Shown: one piece after another, positions 12,203 through 24,495 of the stretch
Position numbering within the stretch: the stretch's first letter is position 1
Layout of the letters: the number at the start of each line of letters is the position of its first letter
NCBI RefSeq assembly: GCF_006345805.1
Contig: NC_043005.1
Span: 8,928,001-8,992,000 of the forward strand
DNA length: 64,000 bases
Direction: 5' to 3'
Origin: Octopus sinensis
Taxonomy: Eukaryota
Program-made: the position numbers and the translations under genes
Notes under the pieces: model-generated
What the model saw: only the letters and a program-made list of their open reading frames with translations
What the model was told of the DNA's origin: nothing
Database searches by the model: none

Positions 12203-12362
12203 GGCTGTGGGGTAAGTAGCTCGTTTACCAACCACATGGTTCCGGGTTCAGTCCCACTGCGTGGAACCTTGAGCAAGTGTCTTCTACTATAGCCTCGGGC
12301 CGACCAAAGCCTTGTGAGTGGATTTGGTAGACGGAAACTGAAAGAAGCCCGTCGTATATATG
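12203..12362 (+). mobile_element. family-B SINE, 5' half only
   Basis: Head and CORE through GAAGCCCGTCGTATATA, then an abrupt switch to LINE sequence. Confidence 0.9.
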
Positions 12363-15300
12363 TAAACCACAGAGCTCAAAATGGACCACCGACCATACCT
12401 CCCAAAAATCAAAATAGACAAAACAACATCAATTATAAACAACATAAACCTAGCCGTCACGGAACTAATAGCCACTGAAACAAAAAGCGAAATCACTGAG
12501 CTAAATGACTTAATATACGCAGCAGCCACTGCAGCCACAAAAGAAGCTGGATACTCACTCAAACCCATCCACACAGGGGTACCACCACCCAAACAAACCC
12601 TGTGAATAAATAACATCCAAATAAAATTTAAAAAATTAGAAAAGACCTGTCGATTCTTAATGAAATCAGCAAACAATCAACGTTACTGAGCAACAAAAAG
12701 AAAACAAAAATACTCCGCAAATATAACATCACAGAGAAATATTTGCCTGAGATAAAAGAAAAGCTGAAGCAATATATCCTTGCCAAAGCACAAAAGATCC
12801 ACCGGTACGAGAAACGCCAACGTTTCTTTGAACTTGGCAAAAATAAAATAGAAATCACTGCAGCACCAACGGCAGAAGAAGTGGAAGAATTCTGGAGAGA
12901 AATATGGTCGGCGAACGAACAACCAAAAAAAAAAGGAATAATAAAACAACAAACTCAGCATCTGAGCAACTTTGGACCCCCATAACAACTGAAGAGGTCA
13001 CCCAGGCACTGCAAAGACTAAGCAACTGGAAGGCACCTGGTTATGACAAGCTCCCCAAATTCTGGTTGAAATATCTAACAGGAATGCACAAAAAGCTGGC
13101 TGAAAATTTTAAAAACATACTAGCAGAGCCAGAGACAATGCCTGAATGGCTCACGAAGGGGAAAACCATCTTAATTCCCAAATCAAATGAGACAGCAAAA
13201 CCAGAAAACTACAGACCAATAACCTGTCTCCCTACAATGTACAAGGCATTTACTGTAGTGATATCGCAAAGGTTGAAGAAGCACCTGGACGAAAACAACC
13301 TGTTCCCAGAAGAGCAGAAAGGATACCGCAAAGGCTCATATGGCTGTAAAGATCAACTAATGATCAATAAAGCCATAACTGAAGACAGCCACAGAAAGAA
13401 GAAAGGCCTCAGTATGGCCTGGATCGACTACAAAAAGGCGTTTGATAGCATCCCCCACACATGGATCCTCGAAACACTAGCCATTAACAAAGTAGCACCA
13501 ACAATTATAAAATACATAGGACACTCTATGAATAAATGGCAAACAATGCTACAGCTCCAAACAAAAGAGGGACTTGTGAAAACCAAAGCCATCCCCATTA
13601 GAAGAAGAATATTCCAGGGAGATACGCTGTCTCCACTCCTTTTCTGCTTGGCACTGTCACCTCTATCGGATATGCTAAACAGAACTGGATGCGGATATAA
13701 ATGTTACGGCAAAACGATCAGCCACCTTTTATATACTGATGACCTAAAATTATATGCTACAAATGACAAACAGCTGGAAACACTACTAAAGACAGTCCAT
13801 GGATTTACCAAAGAAATAGATATGAAATTTGGATTAGAGAAACTGCGCCAAAGTAACCATGAAAAGAGGAAAACTAGTTAAGAGTAGCAACATCACACTA
13901 GATAAAACCAATGAAATAAAAGAATTAGACCAAAGCCAAACTTACAAATACTTAGGAATCCATGAACTAGATAAGACACAACACACACAAATGAAAGAGA
14001 AAATAAAAAAAGAATATTATAGACGAGTTAGATCAATACTGAAAACAGAGCTCAATGCTAAAAACAAGATAATAGGTATCAACACTTTAGCCGTCCCAGT
14101 TATAAGTTACAGCTACAATATCCTTAACTGGACACTAAAAGAACTGACCAAAATAGATAGGAAAACAAGAAAAATACTGACAGGATCTGGGATGCATCGC
14201 CCAAAATCTGACATAGAAAGACTATATATACAACGTATAGAAGGTGGTAGAGGCCTTATACAGCTGGAAAACTACTATAAAATAACCACCATAGGACTGC
14301 AAAAATATCTACTTCAGAAGGAAGGAAAACTGATACAAATAGCGGTAAAACACTTGCAAAACAAAAAACTGTTCTCAGTATTTAAGGAAGCTGACAAATA
14401 CAAACAAGAAATCATACCACCTAATAAATATGAAGAAGAAGAAGAAGAAGAAGAAGAAGAAGAAGAAGAAGAAGAAGAAGAAGAAGAAGAAGAAGAAGAA
14501 GAAGAAGAAGAAGAAGAAGAAGAAGAAGAAGAAGAAGAAGAAGAAGAAGAAGAAGAAACAACAAAAGCTATAAAACAAATGAAATCCAAACTAAAAATTG
14601 AACAGCAACGAACCATGATAAAATGATGGCAAGAAAAGCCCCTTCATGGTAAATACTGGACTAAACTAAACGCAAAAGAAACAGACAAAGAAAAATTCCA
14701 GCAATGGTTGAGAAGCTCAGGACTCAAAGCAGAGACGGAGGGACTTTTAATTGCAGCACAAGACCAAAGCCTCCCCACCAGAAATTACCAAAAACATGTA
14801 ATGAAAAGAAATATAACAAGTAACTGCAGAATATGTGGAGAGGGACAAGAAACAATACATCATATTATCTCTGGCTGCCCACTCCTGGCTAAGAAGGAAT
14901 ATATTCACAGACGCAACAGAGTTGGGACTCATATACACCGGAAACTATGCAAACATTATGGAATAACAACAGAAAAAAAGATGGTATAGGCACACACCAG
15001 AAAAGGTCACAGAAAACGATAAAGCAACCATACTCTGGGATATGCCGATACACATAGATAGAGAAATTAAGGCCAACAGACCAGATATAGTTGTCAGATA
15101 TCATGAAGAAAAAAACTGTTTTCTAATTGATGTATCAATACCAGCGGATGACAACGTGTCTCTAAAAGAAATGGAGAAACTTTCAAAATACAAATACCTG
15201 GAAATAGAGGTAACCAGAATGTGGAATCTAAAAACAGAAACAATTCCTATCATAATAGGTGCATTAGGGCATTATAAAAAAATATTCAGACAAATACATA

Positions 15301-15490
15301 ACAAAAACACCAGGACTTACAAACACATATAACATAGAGAAAATTGCACTACTAGGCACTGCACACATCTTACGCAGAACACTTTCCATACAATAACCAT
15401 CAGAGCATCACAACAAATCACAGCACATACCCAAGGCACACAGAGCTGCGCTCGGTAGTGAAGTGGAAGCACGATATATAAATGAAACTA

Positions 15491-15496
<6 letters not shown>
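12363..15496 (+). mobile_element. 5'-truncated R4/Dong-type non-LTR retrotransposon (RT + CCHC + restriction-like endonuclease), frameshifted
   Basis: RT motifs (KAPGYD, YRPITCL, WIDYKKAFDS, IFQGDTLSP, YTDDLKLY), zinc knuckle CRICGEGQETIHHIISGC, RLE motif RPDIVV...LIDVSIP...K..KY, C-terminal IIIGALG, then a 3' UTR and (AAT)n. The ORF is broken into about 6 pieces. Confidence 0.92.
14432..14558. repeat. (GAA)n tract of about 42 units, in frame inside the LINE ORF
   Basis: Gives poly-Glu in ORF 13859-14626. Confidence 0.98.
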
Positions 15497-15533
<37 letters not shown>

Positions 15534-15553
15534 GTGACAACAACAACAACAAC

Positions 15554-15605
<52 letters not shown>
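15497..15605. repeat. (AAT)n/(AAC)n tract at the LINE 3' end
   Basis: Direct read. Confidence 0.95.
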
Positions 15606-15911
15606 GACAACAAAATATGAGACCTCGATGATAGGTAAATAGAGGAATTTATATATGTATAGTTTTTATAACGTCTATTGTCATTATAGCCGATGAGAAT
15701 GCATCATACCATTTACATCCGGCATTTGAAGCTCTGAGCCCTATTATGACAACTTGCTGATTGTACTAAACTATACATACATACATACATGCATATATAT
15801 ATATATATATTATATATATATATAATATATATATATATATATGTATGTATATATATAAATAAAGTATATATATATGCATATATAAATACATATATGTACA
15901 TACATATACAC

Positions 15912-15975
<64 letters not shown>

Positions 15976-16032
15976 GAAAGTGAGATAGGGGTTATGAGAG
16001 TAACCCACTACGGGATATCAATTATCCAATAT

Positions 16033-16154
16033 ACTGCTGGTGATGAGGCCTTGAGTACCTCATTTTCAACTGCCTATTACCTCAATACATTTGACTAATA
16101 TAGGCAGAATGAGATACTTTCTATCTATGGGCTGAAACAGCTGTAAGGAGCAGT
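16033..16154 (+). ncRNA. degenerate hammerhead-like motif with large stem-II insertion
   Basis: ACTGCT/AGCAGT outer stem I, GTGATGA core (C3 changed), GGCCT/GGGCT stem II around a ~77-nt insert, GAAA-CAGCTG-TA. Confidence 0.4.
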
Positions 16155-16634
16155 TTATTTGTATTATTTTTATTGTATTATTAATTTGCATATTGATTTA
16201 TATTGTTTTGTTCGATTTTCATGTTCCTTTTTATATAAATAATAAATGATATGAAATTGTAATATCTGTAAGTTGATGATTGAAATGAAATTGTTCCTCC
16301 ATTTTCTTATTTGTATTATATATATATATATATATATTTATTTATATTTGTACAGGACGTCACAAAACGTAAACAACATGAAATACGAAGACAAACTTTA
16401 TTATGCGAACAATGAGAGAAACAGCTGGAAAACAAGACACGTAACATAAAAAACGACCCTTCATCAATTGTCGGCTGTCTATCTACTCCTCATTTCGAGT
16501 AATTAGCGTCAAGATAAGGCCTTGGAAAAGCAGTTGCTCCCGCGAACCGAATTATAATTTGGGATCTGCGGAGGGTTAAATCTGGTAACAAAAACAGGAC
16601 AGACGAAACATGCAACAAACCAAACGTAAACAAA

Positions 16635-17057
16635 CATGGAGGGTTGTTAGGTCAGACGAAGTAAGGTAGCGTATGCTGGAGGAATGGAATATTGTCTTTG
16701 ACAAGAGAAAAGATAGTAGAGGAGACAGATAAAAATGCATTTGGTCTGTAAGACAGAATGAAAGAAAAAAGGTGACCACGTGAGGAAAAGAAGGGTGGAC
16801 GATGGTCACGTGAGTGAGTAAAGGGGACAGAGGGAGAGAGAGATACAGATAGAAAACGGTAAAGGGAAGAAAAATAGAGAAAGGCTGAGAAAGAAAAAAC
16901 GAAAGGGGAAGAAGGGTAGAAAAAAGAATTAGAGAAAGCAAGAGAGAGAAAACGAAAGGAGTAGACAGAGAAAAATCGAAGGTTGAGTCGCATCAAAATT
17001 AATTCCATTCCTCCAGCGTTCGCTACCTTACCTCGTCTGGCCTAATGGCCCTCCATG
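16635..17057. repeat. 56-bp imperfect inverted repeat enclosing a ~310-bp purine-rich spacer
   Basis: 16635-16690 versus the reverse complement of 17002-17057; about 7 mismatches by eye. Confidence 0.85.
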
Positions 17058-17089
17058 TCTCTATCTATGTATATATATGTATGTATATA

Positions 17090-17130
<41 letters not shown>

Positions 17131-17180
17131 TTTATTTATATTATTATATGATTGAACGCCACACATCCATTTCCAAGTGG

Positions 17181-17238
<58 letters not shown>

Positions 17239-17440
17239 ATATGTGTATATAAGTATATATGTATGTATGTTTGTATGTATGTATATATACATATAAATAC
17301 ATGCGTACATACATACATACATACATACATACATACATACATGTATGTATACATACATACATAAATACATACATACATATATACATACATACATACATAC
17401 ATACATACATACATACATACTACATACATACATACATACA

Positions 17441-17497
<57 letters not shown>

Positions 17498-18563
17498 TAT
17501 TAACCAGACCAATGAGTCTGAATCCGTATGAATTTCAAAAACATAAAGATACGACCAAAACCTGTAATTTTATAGAAACCGGATTGTTAACTCACTCAGA
17601 AGTTGCAGCTGTATTTATTCAATTTTATCCTTTCATAAATTCTGGAAATCGGGTGTCTGAATGTCATGAATGTAGATAGGTATATGAACAGTACGAATAT
17701 GAATATTGCTATATATTTTAACTGACTCAACTTTTTGTTAACGTAAGCATGTGTTCTCTCAGATGCCTTGATGTATACACATACAAATTTTAGCAATAGA
17801 AAATTATATATATATACATTTTATGATTTATGATTGTAGTATTACTCATTTTTGTTCTCACTATTATTTCACGTGTAACGTAAAATTAATAACCACCTGG
17901 TATTTAATTGCTATAAAAGCATGGTTTTTCTATGTTTATACACATTTCTACAGTTAACCGCTTAATGGTAAATAAGGACTGAATTATAATTTTCTTCTGA
18001 AGTTCTGGCGTTTCATCGTTATGAAGTATTCTTCTATGTAACTTTTACCGAGTAACATACCAGTATTGCCTAGTAAAACAATTGAAACTCATGTGATCTA
18101 TGACGTTATAATTAAAAATCAAATATTAAACTATTATAAGGCACAAAAAGAAAATGACTCTTCCCAGACACAAAAGAATATGCTTCAACACACGAACTCA
18201 AATAAAGAATCTTGCAAACCAAATCGAAAAGCGAAATATTAAACTGATTCACCTATTTCGTTCTGCTCTTGTAACGGAGGCATTTACATATACATATTAA
18301 ATATGTATTTGGCTAAATTCATAAACACTTCCACAAAGTGCGAAAATATGGATAGAAAACGCCAGTTAATATCGTAATATTCTGACCACCGCGATAACCA
18401 TTACACCAACGTAACGCGTCTTCATTTGCCATAAATCTGGGCATCAGAAAGTACATCACTGGATTAGCTAACCTTCTTTACCTCCATTTATATTACATAA
18501 AATTCTTGTATTTTTGATAGCCACTATTATAACAACAGTGATAATAACAGTAATAATACCAAC

Positions 18564-18621
<58 letters not shown>

Positions 18622-18694
18622 ATAATAGTGATCTGGCAACAGGATCAATGTGAAACAACATAATAAAATAAATAAACAGCTGTAACGTTTGGAA

Positions 18695-18960
18695 GTGGGA
18701 AATACGAAGATTGTGATCAATGAGGAGAGTAGACGTGATACGAATAGTAATTGGTGTACTTGGAAGTATCAACACTCAACTACCAACATGGCTCAAAAAG
18801 ATCGGTGCAAGTACGAAGGAAGAAGTCCTACAAAAATCAGCATCGCTTGGACCTACAAAAATTCTTCGCATGGTTCTTGAAGCACGACAAGTGTCACCTT
18901 AGTCTGCTGGCTGTAGACAGCTGACATTTTCCATCATACCTAATAAAATAAGCAGTGAAT
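18695..18960 (+). mobile_element. 3'-terminal fragment of a second R4/Dong-like element
   Basis: Peptide VIRIVIGVLGS...WLKKIG...LQKSASLGPTKILRMVL matches the C-terminus of RLE LINEs (compare 15250-15390). Followed by AAT-rich repeats. Confidence 0.75.
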
Positions 18961-19029
18961 TTTCATCACATAATAACAATAATAATAACATTAACAATAA
19001 AAATAATAATAACAACAACAATAATGATT

Positions 19030-19232
19030 TCAAAGCTTGGCACACAGCCATCAATTTCGGTGGATCGGTCCGGTCGATTCAATCGACACCAATATTCAAA
19101 TGGTACTTATGTTATCGACCCCGAGAGACTGAAAGGTAAAGTCAACCGCGACGGAATTTGAACTCAGAACATGAAGACGGACTAATTGCTGCTAAGCATT
19201 GTGTCCGGCGTCTTAACGATTCTGCCAGCTCG
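19030..19232 (-). mobile_element. diverged family-A SINE
   Basis: Central domain and head recognisable by homology to younger copies. Confidence 0.75.
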
Positions 19233-19675
19233 TATTAAAATCATAGCTCGTAGAAACTCAAATATTACAAGCACAAGGTACCAAAATGGAAAGGGCATTT
19301 TGCATCCAAAAGAAATTTAAACAAACAATATAATTGTAAACAAGGAAAATTCCCTTGTAGAGAGGAAACCTTCGGGAGCTGTTAGACGCATTGACATCAA
19401 AAGTGCATACGCTGTCGTCTGATCAGACGACCCATATTTGCATGATGGTCGCAGTTTTCTTCTAAAAGTTGTTTCCTATATTCATTACTAAATGAGGTAG
19501 GTTTGTCGTATTTTGATAAAGTTAAGCATTTTGTTCGACGCTCTAACAATTCTACCAACCCACTAATTATAAGAATAAGAGGAGGAAATAAAGATTGGGA
19601 AGATTATATAGGCATACGTAGTGTTGAACCTATGTGTTTATTTATGGGTGTTCACACAGATACATATAAATACAG

Positions 19676-19997
19676 GAGCACTCCGTCGGTTACGACGACG
19701 TGAGTCCCAGCTGATACGATCAACGGATGAGCCTGCTCATGAAATTAACGTGCAAGTGACTGAGAAATCCACGGACAAGCGTACTCCTAACGTAGTTCTT
19801 AGGGAGATTAGCGTGACACAAAGTGTGACAGGGCCGGCCCTTTGAAATACAGGAACTATTCATTTTCGCCAGCTGAGTGGACTGGAGTAACGTGAAATAA
19901 AGTGTCTTGCTCAAGGACACAACGCGTCGCCGGGAATCGGACTCACGACCTTACAATCGTGAGCCGAATGCCCTAGCCACTAAGCCACGCCTTCACA
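19676..19997 (-). mobile_element. tRNA-derived SINE: CORE-containing head + tail X
   Basis: Minus strand: head, TGTCCTTGAGCAAGACACTTTA, then a tail (GGCCGGCCCTGTCAC...AACTACGTTAGG...CCGACGGAGTGCTCC) shared with the 24.5-kb SINE. Confidence 0.85.
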
Positions 19998-20030
19998 TAT
20001 ATACATACATATATACATACATATAAACAC

Positions 20031-20630
20031 ATGTTCTTGATTCGACGGTCATTCGGAATGCTCACAGCAGCCATATTCCTTTGTCACGCTGGTGAGACCC
20101 ATATTAGAGTATGGGATTCAAACCTCTTCTGCTTATCTCCTCAAAGACATACAGCATCTCGAAAGAGTCCAGAAGCTGGCTACCCGCATGGTTCTTGGTC
20201 TCAAGAATTTGTCTTATGAAGAAAGGCTGAAGACGCTCGACCTTTATTCTCTAGAAAAACGACGACGCCGTGGTGATCTCATTCTTGCTCACAACATCAT
20301 AAGCGGAAAGTGTAACCTCTCGAAAGAGCTGTTCTTCACTCCTGCTCCTGAGCGTCGGCTGCGAGGTCATTCCGAAAAGCTCTATCTGCGACGATTTCAT
20401 CTCAATCGAAGGAGAGGGGCTTTCTCCCTCCGTGTTGCAGATCCGTGGAATAAGCTGCCGGTCGAGATGGTGAAGATGCCGACGACCGCTCGGTTCAAAG
20501 TCTCCCTTGACCACAAGTGGCCTGAACTCTTTACATGAGCACCACCCTGTACATAACTCCATGTCCCCCTACATGGCCTTGCTTTTTGCTTTTTGAGCCA
20601 AAAATTAACTAACTAACTAACTAACTAACA
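20031..20630 (+). mobile_element. CR1-type LINE 3' fragment with (TAAC)n tail
   Basis: Uninterrupted RPILEYG...LERVQKLATRMV..L..LSYEERL..L.LYSLEKRR.RGDLI...RLRGH...AFS.RV...WNKLP, 3'-UTR stem-loop CCATGT/ACATGG, and (CTAA)n tail. Confidence 0.9.
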
Positions 20631-22356
20631 TGTCATATTGAGGACGTTTATAGTATATGTTATGCATTGAATAAACACTCTCTGATATAGAACTCAGTCA
20701 GATATGCCGCACAACGAAACAAGTGTAATGCCACCTTCCATAAAATATTGTATGTATGTGTATGCACGTATGTGTTTGCCTGTGTGTACATATACGTGTA
20801 GATGAGTATGTGGTGTGTGTGTATGTTATACATATACGAATACTTACCTAACTGTTGATTAGATTGCTTCTTTTAATGCCAAACATGCCCCCCTGTGTTG
20901 CACAACATTTAGATTCCTACGCACAAAAAAAATATATCTTTTTAGATAGAAATTTTTATATTTTGTTATCTGAGAAGAAAAATATTGTCTTTAAGAACAT
21001 TTCCTAACTCTCTCTTTCTCTCTGTCACATACCGCTTTGTTCTCCCTTTTCTCTCACACACTCTTTCTTGTTCTCTCTCTCTCTCACTCTCTCTCTCACT
21101 TTCTATCTCCATCTTTCACCCTTCACTAAGATACACACAAGAAGCTTATAATATCTCAACGTGACAACTTTGTTTCAACGGGCATTGGTTTTTACTTCCT
21201 ATTCATCTAGTCTGTTATACTGGCTTCTCATATTGTTTATTTTATTTTTGTTAAGCCACCATTTGAACAAAGTGTGATATGTGCAAGCAGATTTTGTTAT
21301 TTTAATAACAGAAGATACGATAATGATTTGTATGGAATAGGCAGAAAGCCAACTTTGAAAATGTGACGCGGGTATATATAGTAATATGCTTGAAGTGGTT
21401 CAATTGTTTGACGAAGTGTTACTGCGGTAATCTCTGTGTGGTTATTCAGTCCACTCGAATAGCTGAAAAAAATTCACTCAAATCACACGCTAAAATCGTT
21501 AAATAAAAGGAGGCATGACACAATGATTACTAAAATCCTCATATACTACTTCCAAACAAAGAGGGGTCTAGCACTACAGCGACACATTTGATCATAGGTG
21601 TACTTGAGTAAAAGTGGCTTACTGCTACATACCAACAACAACAGCAATAATAAAAGCAATTACAATAAGAATAAGAAAAATAATAACAACAAACAATAAA
21701 AATTACATGAACGCCACAAACTCCTACAAATAAAATAAAAACAATAGTAACTTCTAGATATGAACGTCATCAGCAGAATGATGAAAGCAGAGATAAATGT
21801 TTATACGTATGTGATGTAGACGCCAAATACCATTTTTTTAATGTATTTCTGTTTATTATTTTCTTTGAAGAGACAAAATACTACGAGTTATTAACCAAAT
21901 TAGGGAACTAGGCTGTGAGTTTTTTATGAGAACATAGTAATAATCTTAACATGCAAGAAATATTTTTTAATGAAAATATATAGTAATATGTTTAAGTAAA
22001 AATTTATGATGTTTGTTTAAGAACAAAAATTAGTTACAAAAACACATTTAATGTGCGTTCACATCAGTTGTCTAGTGGGTCAGGTAGAAAATTAAGAGCA
22101 CGAAATATAAGAACAATAGTCCTCAGAGATGGAAAATTCTTTTCTGATTAGCTAAAACTCTAATGAAAACCGCGTACAAAGAGTAACTTCAAAAGATTCA
22201 AAATGAAGCATAACAGAGAGAACAAACATCAAACAAAAATTAATGCAAATGAATCAGGTAAAAGCGCAAAGTATTAAAACAGGCCAAATTATCTATGGGG
22301 AGCTGAAGTTAAATTCTGAAGATAATGTAATGCAACTGATTTCATAACACAAAATG

Positions 22357-22796
22357 GGGATCTTTTCGGTTTGAACGGCAGTTTTTTCTAGCGGTGTCAT
22401 ATGAAATTGTCACCCATAATTATGACCCTAGTATCGATCTATTGCATTTCAATCTGTTTTAAGGTTAGGGTTAGTTAAGGTTAGGGCTAGGGGTGGGGGG
22501 AAAGGTATCTTTTTTCTTCACACATGTAAATAAACCCAATCTGTTTCTTAAACGAGGGACATATTCATATGGCACAGAATGTTTTTTTTTACCTCAATGG
22601 ACGTCATTGATTGGTTGAAATTGCAGAAATTGAAGAAAAAAACAACAACAAATATCTTACAAACTATAGAATTTTCTCAATAAAGCCAAGAAAAACAGAT
22701 GTTTTATAAATACATTCTACCAGTGCACGAAGATTAATTTTTTTTTAGTTACGTAGAAATTATGTTAAAAACTGCCGTTCAAACCGAAAAGATCCC
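22357..22796. mobile_element. MITE with ~29-bp TIRs
   Basis: GGGATCTTTTCGGTTTGAACGGCAGTTTT at the left end and its reverse complement at the right end. Flanks aaaatg/aaaata may be a TSD. Confidence 0.88.
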
Positions 22797-23608
22797 AAAA
22801 TAGTCATCTGCAATGGGAACTAAAAATTAAAATAGCAAAAATGTCAATAGATAACGTTGGAACTTCAAACGTAGCAGTATACAAAATTGATGATACTCTT
22901 ATACGAAGCTGAATACAAGTAGCTGTGAAAGAATGACTGAAGAAATATGTTATTTTTAGTACTCATAGAGAATAATGGCTTGCTCATCGTTTAAGACAAA
23001 TAAACGTAAATTTAAAGTAAATTTAGCAATAAGTCTTCAAACATTAATCCAGGAACCCCGAACCAATATTTATAGCACAAGACCATGTATTATGGCTTTC
23101 TTTTTTTTTTCAAAGAAACAAAATTATAGAACAACAAAATGTACCGGTTGGTAAGTACATACTGAATATCTTAATAGCATACGTGAAACTTTTGATAAGA
23201 ACTGTATGTACCTATACTGATACCATACCCTATAGGAAGATTGAAAGTGATGCGAAATGGTGTTTGTTAAGCAGTAGCCAATTATTGAAGTATCATCGGA
23301 AATGGATGTATGAATCTATAAACAACCATGAAATATATACGACAGAACACAGCGTACCCAAATATTGAATATTATACAGGATAAAACTTTAAGTGAAATA
23401 CGCTGTAATAACTTACATAACTAGTGTGACCCGCAAGTAAATCGTAGTTTATTGAAAGACACTTGAGACTAGAAAAAAATATCACCAAGAGCACTTCTCC
23501 ATCTATGACACTGCATAATAAATGCTTTTTGCATTATTCTTAACGGTGTTCACAGGGATGCACACACACGTATGTGCGTGCGTAGTGTGAGTCTGTGTGT
23601 GTGTGTGT

Positions 23609-23641
<33 letters not shown>

Positions 23642-24495
23642 CTCGCGGACATCTTAGTTATTATACTGATGACTTAAAACTGTCAGAATCTTTTGAATAT
23701 AAAATATAATAATATTTCTTAACGTTTCGGTCCAAGAATTTCACATGAATCTATTTGCCGAATCTTGCTGTATGCATTAAAGAAAAAAACTTATGGACAA
23801 AAGAAACTGAGAGAGAGAGAGAGAGTGTGTGTGTGTGTCTGTGTGTGTGTGTGCGTATGTTTGGTGAAGGGAGCATAGAGAATATTTCATACAACTATAG
23901 AATGCCATGAACAGTAATGAAAACGAGAGAAAAAGAAAGCATGGATGATATAGTATCGAAGATTAGGTCGAATACTTCAACAGAGTTTGCCGATACATAG
24001 AAGGCGTCGTACATAAGCTGTATATAGAACCAAAGTTTTGCCTCAATTAAAAAATGTACGGTTTGATGACTGGTAGAAAGAACACTAGTTTAAGTCATGA
24101 TAAATTTTGATCGACTTCGTAATTACGACCACCATGTAGGTGAGAAAACAATGTTTTGTGAACAATCAGAGCGCAGCTCTAGCGACAAGTTTGGTCACGT
24201 AACTGTTGCAGGTAATATCATAAAGTGACCATCACAACTTTTCAGAAATAAACATCTAATACTCAAAGTTTGTTATGAATGTTACATAGAAAAATAGTAC
24301 GTATTCATTCGAAATCGAAAGCTATTACAGTATTGAGTAATTTAGGAAGCATGATTATGTATGATATATATACATATTACATTTTTAAACGAACGTACTA
24401 CCCTCTGCGTTATTTGTTTTACAGAAAGAATTTACAGAAAGACGCGTAGTTCATCAAAGAAAAGGTGTATTTGAACACAAATTAGTACAAATATG

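Noticed and set aside
24170-24211. 42-nt symmetric plus-strand exon candidate (RSSSDKFGHVTVA)
   Set aside because: Good donor but poor pyrimidine tract, and no partner exons. Expected by chance in 64 kb.
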